A stretch of 54,911 nucleotides of DNA from Candidatus Omnitrophota bacterium (GTDB lineage Bacteria > Omnitrophota > Gorgyraeia > Zapsychrales > Zapsychraceae): positions 2,641 to 57,551 of the forward strand of contig DPIG01000063.1 of NCBI GenBank assembly GCA_003522725.1. The letters are read 5' to 3'. Each line of letters begins with the position of its first letter. Position 1 is the first letter of the stretch. The notes under the pieces are model-generated. The model made no database searches, was not told where the DNA came from, and worked only from the letters and a program-made list of their open reading frames with translations. Positions 9,457 to 18,754 of the stretch are shown here, one piece after another. The translations under genes were made by a program, and so were the position numbers.

Positions 9457-10671
9457 ATGCGTCTATTATTTTTAGCGCCGAGGGTGCCATGGCCGGCGGA
9501 TACCGGTGGGAAAATCCGCACCGTCAATATCCTCAAGCAGATGACAAAATTCGCCCAAATCCATTTGGCTTGTTTTTCCTTCGAAGAAAATGATCCGGGG
9601 CACGCGAAAGAGTTAAAAAAACTGGGCATTGCCGTAACACTCGTTCCCGCGCAGGATCCGGGGATGATACCAAAGGCCGCGGGGATAATGTTAAATCCCA
9701 TCCCCTGGTCCGTCGCCAAATATTATTCAAAGAATATGGAACGGGTCTTAAAGTCTCTCCATCAAACCCATCCCTTTGACGCGGTTCATACCGACCACGC
9801 GCACATGGCACAGTACAGCCATTGCTTTAATAACCGGCCTTGTATTATCGATGAGCATAATGTTGAATATAAAATTCTGGAACGGTGCGCGGAAGTTGAA
9901 AAAAACCTCCTCAAAAAAATCATCTATGCCACGCAAGCGGATAAGATGAAAAACTTTGAGACCCGGCAGATCCGGATGTGTTCACGCTATCTCGCTGTAT
10001 CGGATGATGACCTCCGTCTGCTTGACGAATTGGCCGGAACTCAAAAAAAAGGGAGGGGACACGTTATCCCCAACGGCGTGGACGTAGATTTCTTCCAGGG
10101 TTCAAACGCTCCGCCCAGCGGCTCGGAAGACGCCCTGGCGTTCACCGGTTCCCTGGACTGGCTTCCCAATGATGACGCCGTGGTCTTTTTTTGCCGGGAG
10201 GTATTACCGCTGATCTGGCAACAGAATACAAGCGTGAAGTTTTACATCGTTGGGAAAAATCCTTCAGCGACGGTCAAAAAATTGGCCCAAAAAGACCCCC
10301 GTATCGTTGTAACCGGACGGGTCGATGACGTGCGCACCTATATCCAGCGGGCCAAGGTCTTTGTCGTCCCCATCCGCGTCGGCGGCGGGACGCGCCTGAA
10401 GATCCTGGAAGCGATGTCGATGCGAAAGGCCGTTGTATCGACCACCGTGGGGGCGGAAGGCATTGCCTGCACCAGGGATGTCGATATTGTCCTTGGGGAC
10501 ACACCCCAGGCATTTGCCCAGAAGGTGATCGTTCTGTTGAAAGACCAACAAAAAAGAGAGACATTGGGGACCGCCGCCCGAAAGCTCGTTTTGGAAAATT
10601 ACGATTGGCGCGTTATCGGTAAAAAGTTGAACCAGATCTATGAGGATATAACAAATGCCCGGCAGCAATAA
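9457..10671 (+). CDS. GT4 glycosyltransferase resembling PEP-CTERM/exosortase-system-associated sugar transferases
   Basis: PWPADTGGKIR, DEHNVE, GSLDWLPN, GGGTRLKILEAM; start MRLLFL. Confidence 0.85.
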   Translation: MRLLFLAPRVPWPADTGGKIRTVNILKQMTKFAQIHLACFSFEENDPGHAKELKKLGIAVTLVPAQDPGMIPKAAGIMLNPIPWSVAKYYSKNMERVLKSLHQTHPFDAVHTDHAHMAQYSHCFNNRPCIIDEHNVEYKILERCAEVEKNLLKKIIYATQADKMKNFETRQIRMCSRYLAVSDDDLRLLDELAGTQKKGRGHVIPNGVDVDFFQGSNAPPSGSEDALAFTGSLDWLPNDDAVVFFCREVLPLIWQQNTSVKFYIVGKNPSATVKKLAQKDPRIVVTGRVDDVRTYIQRAKVFVVPIRVGGGTRLKILEAMSMRKAVVSTTVGAEGIACTRDVDIVLGDTPQAFAQKVIVLLKDQQKRETLGTAARKLVLENYDWRVIGKKLNQIYEDITNARQQ

Positions 10672-12418
10672 GCATAAAATAACTTTTTTAATGGCTGGCT
10701 TGGTAACAGGGATCCTTGTCGCCGGTTTGGGCGGCATGCTCATCCATAAGATCAAAAGGATGAAAAGTAAACCCCGGCGTTATGAGGCGAAATTACCCGC
10801 CAGCAACGTGGGAGGATTTAACGTATTTGCCGCCTCCAGCCTGGACAGGATATTTGAAGACGGCCAAACCTTGTTAAAGCCGAGTTTTACAAAGGACGTC
10901 ACGATCTCCCTGGCAAGAAATGAATATGAATCGTTTCAGATCGTTGTCACATCCAGGGATCGTCTGCTGGAAGGAGTTTCGCTCAAAATTCCCGATCTCA
11001 TCAATGAGCAAACAGGGATGACGCTCGGCCGGCAAAACATTACCTGGCGCGTTGTCGGTTATGTCCCGACGATAAAGCCTTATTATCCGGTCAAATATGT
11101 CGGCCGATGGCCGGACCCTTTAATGCCGGCGCGCAAAACCGACGTTGACGCGGGGGTCGTTCAGCCTTTTTGGGTCACCGTCTACGCTCCAAGGGGAACC
11201 GCGGCCGGAGTTTACAAAGGCACGATATTGATTACGGCCAATGGCGGGGAAACGCGAGAGATCCCGCTTCAGGTCCAGGTGTACAATTTTATTTTACCCG
11301 TGGAAGGGAGCCTTAAAACAGCCTTTGATTTTTATGGCCATGAAACATTCAAGCGATATCCGCAAAAAGATAACGAATCAAACGAGGCTTATCAAGCGCG
11401 GCTCGGCGGCCTCAATAATAAATATATTATCGCGATGCTCAAATATAGAATAAATCCCGTATTGAACGTCGACCCCGCGTCCGATGAAGAGCTTTCGCGT
11501 GTCGACCGCTATCGCGCTCTCGGTCTGAATAATTTTTCGATAGGGAAAAGAGGAGGGACGCTCGGCAACAACTGGCCTTCCAGCGATGAAGAAATAGACC
11601 AGTTATTTTCTCAATACCGCGGTTATGGGGAGACATTAAAGCTGAACAAACTTTTACCATATGCCTATATTTACACGTGGGATGAGGGCGAGATCGGGAA
11701 CCCCCGGGTGGCTAAAATTTGTTCCATGATCCATCGGGCCCATCCGGGATTAAAGAACATGGTGTGCTATCACGGCTTTTGGGATCCCGAAAAGGACCCG
11801 GGATGGGGAAAAGACATCGATATCTGGACGTTTCAGATCGATAATTTTGACGAACCAAAAATGCGCAAGCTTCAAAAAATCGGCAAGGAGATATGGATGT
11901 ATATTTCCGGCCCCGGCGGCTACGAAAGCCCCAATCTGGCCATGGACTTCGATTCGATCGACTACCGGATTATCCCCTGGCTATGCTGGAAATATGATAT
12001 CAGGGGATTTTTGTACTGGTGCGTCAATTGGTGGCCGAACGTCGACCCTTTTGAAAGCGCCCAAAATTCAGAATGGGAACAAAATGGCAACGGCCTTTTA
12101 TTTTATCCCGGAGAAGACGGCCCGATCGCCTCACTGCGCCTGGAAATATTCCGCGACGGGATGGAAGACTATGAATACATACAACTGCTCATCCAGAAAC
12201 TCAAAAAACTTCGAAAACTCGGCCTGGTCGAAACCTACCAGAAACTTTTTGACGAGAGCATAAAAATACTTACCGTCGATAAATCCATCGCCGAATCCAT
12301 GATGAGCTTCACCAGGGATAACGAAGGCTTAAAAGCGCGGCGGGACGCAATCGCCCAAAGAATTGAAGAATTCGACAAAATATTAGCGCAAGGAACCTCT
12401 GAACCACATGAAAAGTAA
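10655..12418 (+). CDS. Membrane-anchored DUF4091 / GH123-like glycoside hydrolase
   Basis: N-terminal TM; ARNEYESFQI, WPDPL, WDE, GFLYW, GNGLLFYPG, SLRLEIFRDGMEDYEY. Confidence 0.75.
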   Translation: MPGSNKHKITFLMAGLVTGILVAGLGGMLIHKIKRMKSKPRRYEAKLPASNVGGFNVFAASSLDRIFEDGQTLLKPSFTKDVTISLARNEYESFQIVVTSRDRLLEGVSLKIPDLINEQTGMTLGRQNITWRVVGYVPTIKPYYPVKYVGRWPDPLMPARKTDVDAGVVQPFWVTVYAPRGTAAGVYKGTILITANGGETREIPLQVQVYNFILPVEGSLKTAFDFYGHETFKRYPQKDNESNEAYQARLGGLNNKYIIAMLKYRINPVLNVDPASDEELSRVDRYRALGLNNFSIGKRGGTLGNNWPSSDEEIDQLFSQYRGYGETLKLNKLLPYAYIYTWDEGEIGNPRVAKICSMIHRAHPGLKNMVCYHGFWDPEKDPGWGKDIDIWTFQIDNFDEPKMRKLQKIGKEIWMYISGPGGYESPNLAMDFDSIDYRIIPWLCWKYDIRGFLYWCVNWWPNVDPFESAQNSEWEQNGNGLLFYPGEDGPIASLRLEIFRDGMEDYEYIQLLIQKLKKLRKLGLVETYQKLFDESIKILTVDKSIAESMMSFTRDNEGLKARRDAIAQRIEEFDKILAQGTSEPHEK

Positions 12419-13334
12419 AACAAAAGATAACGTGATCTTTTTCCTTATCGGCCTGGCACTGGGGATCGGCATTGTTGTCTTTTCATGGAATGGATTGCAT
12501 AAAACGGCCCAAAAGCTTAAAGATGTGAATTTCACGGAAATGGGCAAGAACACGCTGATCAATATGAGACAGTTGACGCATAAGAAGCGGCAGGTCATTG
12601 AAAATTTTTCAAAACCAATAAAAGCTGTGTCTGGAAAAAGTTTTGGGAAGGATGGCCAGTTAACGTTCGAATTGTACCGCAACGGGACTTTTGTAATCGA
12701 TGGGAAGTCAGGATACGCCTGGCAAAAGTCAGCCAGCTACAGGGATTCAGCCATTATACGCTCAACAAAAGCCTTGCCGAAAACTTACAAGATCAGCGTT
12801 GTTGTCGGAGGCATTGATTATGGTCTGGAGAACATCTCGGGCTTGCCGCAAGACCCCGAATATACCGAAGGTCCGCAGAACGAAAACGGTTCTTACCTCA
12901 TCGCGATCACGGACACGCCGCCCATTGACCACCACACCAACACGTGGTGGCATCAACACCGGAAGGTGGCCATCGATGTAGATAATAATGTTTGGGGGCA
13001 CGGAATGCCGAACCCCGTTTTTATGGTCTATTTCGACCGGGAGAACAAGCTCGTATCCTTCGACGGAGAGGATAATGAGTGGCGAAAAGATTGGATGAAA
13101 ACCATGACGTACGAACCCGGCAAATGGTATCGAGTTGAGATCGAAAAAACTAAAAAGCAATATATCCTGAGCGTGCGGACGGATGCCGGCCAATTGCTAA
13201 AGAGCGCTTCTGTAGGCCTGGAAAAAATTTGGAACGCGGACGAATACCATAAAGATTATTTTGCTGTCGGTGATCCGCATGAAAATTACTACCAGGGCTC
13301 AATGAAGATTAAAGAGATTTCAATGCGGTATTAA
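12408..13334 (+). CDS. Membrane-anchored hypothetical protein, beta-rich (possible ConA/jelly-roll carbohydrate-active fold)
   Basis: N-terminal TM, aromatic-rich beta pattern (KWYRVEIEK, GSMKIKEI); overlaps the upstream hydrolase. Confidence 0.45.
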   Translation: MKSKTKDNVIFFLIGLALGIGIVVFSWNGLHKTAQKLKDVNFTEMGKNTLINMRQLTHKKRQVIENFSKPIKAVSGKSFGKDGQLTFELYRNGTFVIDGKSGYAWQKSASYRDSAIIRSTKALPKTYKISVVVGGIDYGLENISGLPQDPEYTEGPQNENGSYLIAITDTPPIDHHTNTWWHQHRKVAIDVDNNVWGHGMPNPVFMVYFDRENKLVSFDGEDNEWRKDWMKTMTYEPGKWYRVEIEKTKKQYILSVRTDAGQLLKSASVGLEKIWNADEYHKDYFAVGDPHENYYQGSMKIKEISMRY

Positions 13335-13353
13335 CCGGCAAGAAGGGAAAGCC

Positions 13354-14430
13354 TTGGAGAACTCCCGGAACAGCAGTGTAGATACTTTCAAATTTCTTGC
13401 CATAGGCACGGTAATTATTCATCATACGCGTGCGTTTTACTATTCATACGACCAGTATGGCGGGCATGCATTGCTGCTTCTTAAATATTTTTTTTATGCT
13501 GTCCGCTTTGGAATCCCGTATTTTTTTATTTCTGCGGGATATTTTTTTGGCAAGTCGCTGCAAAAAGGGCGGCCATTAGGCCAACTAACCAGGCGCTATT
13601 GCGGACGGCTGACACAATTGTTTATTTTATGGACTATTATATATTTTTTCATACCCCAAAATTTTAATGACGAAGTAATCAAATTTGGATATATGCGGAC
13701 GCTTTATTGGCATTTCACTTCTATCCACTTGCACATTTGGGATTTCATACGCCACCATTTTATAACTTTTCTTTTCACGGGGTCACGCGGCCATCTTTGG
13801 TTCTTTCCCGCTTACATTACAGGCATTCTCATCTTATCTCTTTTTCTTTTCCTGAAAAAAGAAAAATATCTCATCGTCTTTGGCTTAATATTGTATTTCG
13901 TCAGTCTGCTAGGAAGGAGTTATAAAGAATTCCCGATCGGCTTTGATCCGGGGTTTGAAATATTCTATGGCCCTTTTATCAGCACATTCTTCATTGCTAT
14001 TGGTTTACGATTTTCCAGAATTGATTTCTCCGCGAGAAAAAACCATGTGATCGTTTTAGGGTTTATTTTGATTTTTACGGGTCTGATAGTTCAATTTGCT
14101 GAAAACTGGTTCTTGTTCAAATATTATAAAATGGTACCCGAACATGCATTCCTGGCGGGGATGATACCGCTAGGAATCGGCATTTTCCTTTTGTCAATGG
14201 GATATCAGAATCTTGGTAAATCAACGATATTCCCGTACCTGGGTCGATATACACTTGGCGTTTTTGTGTTACATGAGATGTTTATTTCAATGCTTAAGCC
14301 TGTTCGTTGTTATTTTGAACCGGTTACTTGGGACATTGCTTTTCCCGTTATTGTATTCTTATTATCCCTGTTAACTACAATGTTATTGGTGCGGTCCCCG
14401 ATTGGAAGAATTCTTGTAAAACAGCAATAG
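13354..14430 (+). CDS. Acyltransferase 3 family (OafA/WecH-like) membrane O-acyltransferase
   Basis: RNSSVDTFK, IIHH, PYFFISAGYF, HLWF, LGRYTLGVFVLH; multi-TM; TTG start. Confidence 0.85.
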   Translation: MENSRNSSVDTFKFLAIGTVIIHHTRAFYYSYDQYGGHALLLLKYFFYAVRFGIPYFFISAGYFFGKSLQKGRPLGQLTRRYCGRLTQLFILWTIIYFFIPQNFNDEVIKFGYMRTLYWHFTSIHLHIWDFIRHHFITFLFTGSRGHLWFFPAYITGILILSLFLFLKKEKYLIVFGLILYFVSLLGRSYKEFPIGFDPGFEIFYGPFISTFFIAIGLRFSRIDFSARKNHVIVLGFILIFTGLIVQFAENWFLFKYYKMVPEHAFLAGMIPLGIGIFLLSMGYQNLGKSTIFPYLGRYTLGVFVLHEMFISMLKPVRCYFEPVTWDIAFPVIVFLLSLLTTMLLVRSPIGRILVKQQ

Positions 14431-14466
14431 CCTTTGGTTCAAAAGAACTTTTTTGTTGTCGTGGCC

Positions 14467-14495
14467 TTGACACAATGAAAATGGCATGGCATACT
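14467..14495 (+). promoter_or_regulatory. sigma70-type promoter upstream of the riboswitch
   Basis: TTGACA-17 bp-CATACT with a TGn extended -10. Confidence 0.6.
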
Positions 14496-14516
14496 TCCCG
14501 TGGATATAAAAACAGG

Positions 14517-14605
14517 CTGTTCGTAAAGGTAAACCATTCGAAAGAATGGGACACAAAGCTATAGGGCCCTCGGCCGCGAGGCACAGGGCAGCCAGTTGCC
14601 AACAG
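14517..14605 (+). ncRNA. c-di-GMP-I (GEMM-I) riboswitch
   Basis: GGTAAACCATTCGAAAGAATGGGACACAAAGCTATAGGG...GGCAGCCAGTTGCC matches the GEMM architecture (GAAA tetraloop in P2, CAAAG junction); P1 CTGTT/AACAG closes it; G at the G20-equivalent position. Confidence 0.9.
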
Positions 14606-14630
14606 TGGTGAAGTCGCCATGGACCATGCT

Positions 14631-14670
14631 AACCTATTCTTTGTGTGAAGTAACAGAGAATAGGTTTTTT
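14631..14670 (+). terminator. Intrinsic terminator, likely the riboswitch expression platform
   Basis: AACCTATTCTTTGT-loop-ACAGAGAATAGGTT followed by a T run. Confidence 0.7.
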
Positions 14671-14819
14671 ATTGTCGGCTAGATTAGCCGACAATAACCC
14701 TCCCCTTCGGGGACCTAATCGGCCACGTAATGTTTCGTTTTGTAATGTCAAATAATTCAAAACGAAACAGTTGGGGTGACTCGAGGATAGGTTATGATGG
14801 GGGATAAAAGGTAAAGGAA

Positions 14820-17800
14820 ATGAACCAACGCACATTAAAACGTGGATTTTTGAGTCTTGTTCCGGTGATGGGACTATGCCTCCTTATTGTTTCGGCCGCT
14901 GACAGCGCGACCTATTATGTGCGGCCCGATGGCGGCACGGCCACCCAGTGTACGGGTCTGGCCGATGCGCCCTATCCGGGAACCGGGACCAATCGGGACT
15001 GCGCGTTTTCTCATCCTTTTTGGGCGATTGGACCCGTTGGGAACAACCCGACCAGGATGGTTGGGGGAGATACGTTAATCATTGACGGTTCCAATAACGC
15101 GCAATATATGATGGGCTGGGGCGCGCCCAATATACGGGACACAACAGTATGCTATCCGAATTGGCCGTGGGGTTGTTATATGCGCTCTATCCCATCTGGA
15201 CCGGACGCGAGTCAACCCACCAGGATCCTTGGGAAGGGATGGAATAGTGGTTGTTCCAACCCTCCCCAGCTCTGGGCTACCGAACGGGTTAATAGAGTTC
15301 TTAACCTGGCTGGAAGCAGTAATATAGAAATTCAGTGTCTTGAGGTCACGGACCATTCTGATTGCCAAGAACATGGGCCGAAGGCATGCAATCGGGATAC
15401 TATTCCCTACGGACCATGGGGAACGTCGGGGTTAGTCGCTTCTGACAGCGAAAATGTTTTAATTAAAGATGTAAATATCCACGGGATGGCCTATCGGGGT
15501 GTCTACGCGGGCCGGCTTAAGGATTGGACTATTGAAAATTCAAAAATTGTCGCGAACTCGTTTGTCGGATGGGATGGAGATATCGGGGCCAATCAATCCT
15601 CAAACTCAGGGACTATGACATTTACAAAAACGAATATACAATTTAATGGATGCGGTGAAACATACCCCGATAAAAAACCGTATAATTGTTATAGCCAGGA
15701 CCAAGGCGGTTACGGGGACGGATTAGGAACGCATCAGACGGGAGCCAACTGGGTATTCAACAACTGCGATATAAGCCATAACGTTTCAGACGGGCTGGAT
15801 TTGCTGTATCATAGCGGGGTCGGGACGATCACCATAAAACGTTCCAAATTTGAAGGAAATGCGGGCAATCAAGTCAAGACAGGGACGGATGCTGTCATTG
15901 AAAATTCTATCCTTATCGGGAATTGCGGGTATTTCCATAATAATCCAATAACGTGGAAATCCAGCGGGTTTAATAACTGCCGTGCCGGTGGAAATCCTTT
16001 GGCTGCTGCTTTTCATGCGGGCACGAATGTGTCGATTTATAATTCTACTGTAACGAGCAACGGGGACACGATGGTGCAATCGGCCGGGAGCGGTTGCACG
16101 GGGAATGAAACGATTGCCTCGCGTAACAATATATATTTGGGTGGAACAGAGTTTAATGACGGCTTTGATAAATCGGCCCTCTATTGGGCGGCGGGATCAA
16201 CAGGAAATGGCGATGGGCCCTGCGGGAGTGTGAGGTTTGATGATGATTATTCTGTGATTTGGAATACGAAGAACTTTTCTACCGATTGTAATGGCAAGCC
16301 GCATTCTTTATGTAAAGACCCGAAATTTGTCGAGTCCGCCGCTCAGTATTATACCGGAGAGGCGTATAATGTCAATTTGCAGTCAAACAGCCCGGCGATC
16401 GGGAAGGCCCTCGTTCTGACGGGGAAATCAAGTCTGGATTATAACAATAACGAGCGCGGGACTGTGTGGGATATCGGGGCCGTGGAATATGGTATTGATT
16501 CAACACAGCCGACATGTATAGACGGGATCCAGTATTGTTTAACCCAGACGGACTGCGTCAATAACGGACATTATTGGTATAATAATACCTGCAACGCGCA
16601 GCCACAGCCAAAAACCTGCGCCGATGGTATCCAGTACTGCACAACACAGACTGCCTGCGAAGGACAAAGCTATTTCTGGTACAACAATACGTGCAACCTG
16701 CAGCCCAAACCCAAAACCTGCGCTGATGGCATTCAATACTGCACAACACAGACTACCTGCGAAGGTCAGAGTTATTTCTGGTACAACAATACTTGTAATG
16801 CCCAGCCCAAGCCAAAAACCTGCGCTGATGGCATTCAATACTGCACCACCCAGACTACCTGCGAAGGACAAAGCTATTTCTGGTACAACAATACTTGCAA
16901 CCTGCAGCCACAGCCAAAAACCTGCGCCGATGGTATCCAGTACTGCACCACCCAGGCTACCTGCGAAGGACAAAGCTATTTCTGGTACAACAATACTTGC
17001 AACCTGCAGCCACAGCCCAAAACCTGCGCTGATGGCATCCAGTACTGCACAACCCAGGCTACCTGCGAAGGACAAAGCTATTTCTGGTACAACAATACTT
17101 GCAATGCCCAGCCCAAGCCAAAGACTTGCGCCGATGGTATCCAGTACTGCACAACACAGACTGCCTGCGAAGGACAAAGCTATTTCTGGTACAACAACAC
17201 CTGTAACGCGCAGCCACAGCTTATACCGACGTGCTCGGATGGAGCACAGTATTGCAAAAACAAACCGCAATGTACAAATCAGGGGTATTATTGGTACAAC
17301 AATACTTGCAACGCGCAGCCGCAGCCGGCTCCAACATGCGCGGACGGTATTCAATATTGCTCGACCAAGAATGAATGCGAAGGGCGGGGCTATTACTGGT
17401 ACGCCAATAGCTGTAATATCGAGCCTAAAGCTCAACCAACGCCACAGCCTCAACAGGAACAAAAACAGGACGATTCATCACCGGCCCCAACTGTCCAGAC
17501 TCCCGAACCAGATAATAGCCATACTTTGCCGACAACGATGGAGTCTATTGGCGATAACAGCTCTACGACAGACATCTCTCCCGAAACTACTGATACCAAG
17601 GTCGCATCTGTTGATCCAGGCAGTTCTCAGCCAAAATCTTTAACCAGCAGTGGTAGCAGCGAGTCTCAGAATGCCGGCACAGGAAAATCCGGCAAGGGTG
17701 GTCGTGGAGGCGGCGGTGGAGGAGGTGGAGGTGGCGGCGGGAAATCAAGCGGGGGATCTAGTGGAAGTGGGACGAGTTTAACGGGTGCCGGAGGAGGGGC

Positions 17801-18266
17801 GGGCGTGCCGACAAATATTTTCAACGCGCCGTCACCTGTAAAGTCAACAGGACTGCCGGGGGAATTGTCTTCAAATTTAATAAAGGGAGCGCCCCAGGCA
17901 AAACCTTCCAAATCTGCAAAAGGAGTGGCTCCAACAACAGCTTCGCAACCTGCAGCGGGAGTGATCCCGATAACGGCTTCTCAACCCACAAAGGGGGAGT
18001 CCCCGGCAGTAGCTTCTCAACCTACAGCAGCGAATAAGCCTGACTCGGCTTTAATTACACCATCTTTGCATTTGACGGATACTACCTCGATCAGTCTCAA
18101 CCGGGATGGTCTTGCAACGCAAGTAGAGGTCGCGTCTGAACCAACCGTCGAACCTGAAGAAAATATGAATTTAACCCAAGCAGAAAGTGAAACACCTCTA
18201 GACAAAACTGCAGGATGGATCAATGCCCTTTGGAGAAAGATGTTGCGCTGGTTCTCAGGCGGCTAG
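14820..18266 (+). CDS. Large secreted protein: parallel beta-helix (pectin-lyase-like) domain + nine Cys-rich repeats + Ser/Gly/Pro/Thr stalk + C-terminal amphipathic helix
   Basis: Signal peptide ending AADSA then TYYVRPDGG; Asn/Gly-rich beta-helix; DIGAVEY end motif; repeats; poly-Gly; WINALWRKMLRWF tail. Confidence 0.75.
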   Translation: MNQRTLKRGFLSLVPVMGLCLLIVSAADSATYYVRPDGGTATQCTGLADAPYPGTGTNRDCAFSHPFWAIGPVGNNPTRMVGGDTLIIDGSNNAQYMMGWGAPNIRDTTVCYPNWPWGCYMRSIPSGPDASQPTRILGKGWNSGCSNPPQLWATERVNRVLNLAGSSNIEIQCLEVTDHSDCQEHGPKACNRDTIPYGPWGTSGLVASDSENVLIKDVNIHGMAYRGVYAGRLKDWTIENSKIVANSFVGWDGDIGANQSSNSGTMTFTKTNIQFNGCGETYPDKKPYNCYSQDQGGYGDGLGTHQTGANWVFNNCDISHNVSDGLDLLYHSGVGTITIKRSKFEGNAGNQVKTGTDAVIENSILIGNCGYFHNNPITWKSSGFNNCRAGGNPLAAAFHAGTNVSIYNSTVTSNGDTMVQSAGSGCTGNETIASRNNIYLGGTEFNDGFDKSALYWAAGSTGNGDGPCGSVRFDDDYSVIWNTKNFSTDCNGKPHSLCKDPKFVESAAQYYTGEAYNVNLQSNSPAIGKALVLTGKSSLDYNNNERGTVWDIGAVEYGIDSTQPTCIDGIQYCLTQTDCVNNGHYWYNNTCNAQPQPKTCADGIQYCTTQTACEGQSYFWYNNTCNLQPKPKTCADGIQYCTTQTTCEGQSYFWYNNTCNAQPKPKTCADGIQYCTTQTTCEGQSYFWYNNTCNLQPQPKTCADGIQYCTTQATCEGQSYFWYNNTCNLQPQPKTCADGIQYCTTQATCEGQSYFWYNNTCNAQPKPKTCADGIQYCTTQTACEGQSYFWYNNTCNAQPQLIPTCSDGAQYCKNKPQCTNQGYYWYNNTCNAQPQPAPTCADGIQYCSTKNECEGRGYYWYANSCNIEPKAQPTPQPQQEQKQDDSSPAPTVQTPEPDNSHTLPTTMESIGDNSSTTDISPETTDTKVASVDPGSSQPKSLTSSGSSESQNAGTGKSGKGGRGGGGGGGGGGGGKSSGGSSGSGTSLTGAGGGAGVPTNIFNAPSPVKSTGLPGELSSNLIKGAPQAKPSKSAKGVAPTTASQPAAGVIPITASQPTKGESPAVASQPTAANKPDSALITPSLHLTDTTSISLNRDGLATQVEVASEPTVEPEENMNLTQAESETPLDKTAGWINALWRKMLRWFSGG
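16512..17430 (+). repeat. Coding tandem repeat, ~102 bp (34-35 aa) x 9
   Basis: Consensus TCADGIQYCTTQxxCEGQSYFWYNNTCNxQPxPK with 4 Cys per unit; units 2-7 near-identical, units 1, 8 and 9 diverged. Confidence 0.95.
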
Positions 18267-18320
18267 GCTCGCCCCCGCTCAAGATATTGTCCCATCATTC
18301 CTTTTCCGCCGCAAATAATC

Positions 18321-18329
18321 TGTTATAAT
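18321..18329 (+). promoter_or_regulatory. Extended -10 promoter upstream of the minor-pilin genes
   Basis: TGTTATAAT. Confidence 0.45.
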
Positions 18330-18361
18330 CGGATAACGATCAATTGGAAAGAGGACGACTT

Positions 18362-18754
18362 GTGAACAGGATAAAGCGACTGCCAAACAAGGGTTTTACA
18401 TTTATAGAACTGCTCTTGGCGGTCTTTATTTTGTCGGTCGGGATATCCGCGGTCCTTATGTTATATACAAGTTCTATGTTATCCGCCGCCAACGCCTGGG
18501 ACATGACGGTGGCAACATCAAACGCGGAACATATGCTTGAAGAAATGCAGGCCCGCGACTCCCTCGCCGACATCGTCAATACGGATTGGCCCCGGTGGGC
18601 CCAGGACCAGGGCCTCAATGCGCTCCCGAAAGAAACGTTTGGCGTTGCCTTTGCCGACCCAGCGAGCGATCCCTTAAACATTCAAATAACCGTCAATTGG
18701 CAGAGACAATTGAGGACAAATCAAATTATTTTAAAAACCAGATTAACCAAATGA
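18362..18754 (+). CDS. Prepilin-type protein (PilV/GspI-like minor pilin); start uncertain (18344 or 18362)
   Basis: NKG|FTFIELLLAV class III signal peptide with Glu5. Confidence 0.8.
   Translation: MNRIKRLPNKGFTFIELLLAVFILSVGISAVLMLYTSSMLSAANAWDMTVATSNAEHMLEEMQARDSLADIVNTDWPRWAQDQGLNALPKETFGVAFADPASDPLNIQITVNWQRQLRTNQIILKTRLTK

Noticed and set aside
14517-14605. 3',3'-cGAMP-sensing GEMM-Ib variant
   Set aside because: The specificity position equivalent to G20 is G, not A
16512-17430. 102-bp repeats as a CRISPR array or DGR template/variable repeats
   Set aside because: No unique spacers, the repeats are in-frame coding, differences are not adenine-specific, and no cas or reverse transcriptase gene is in the window
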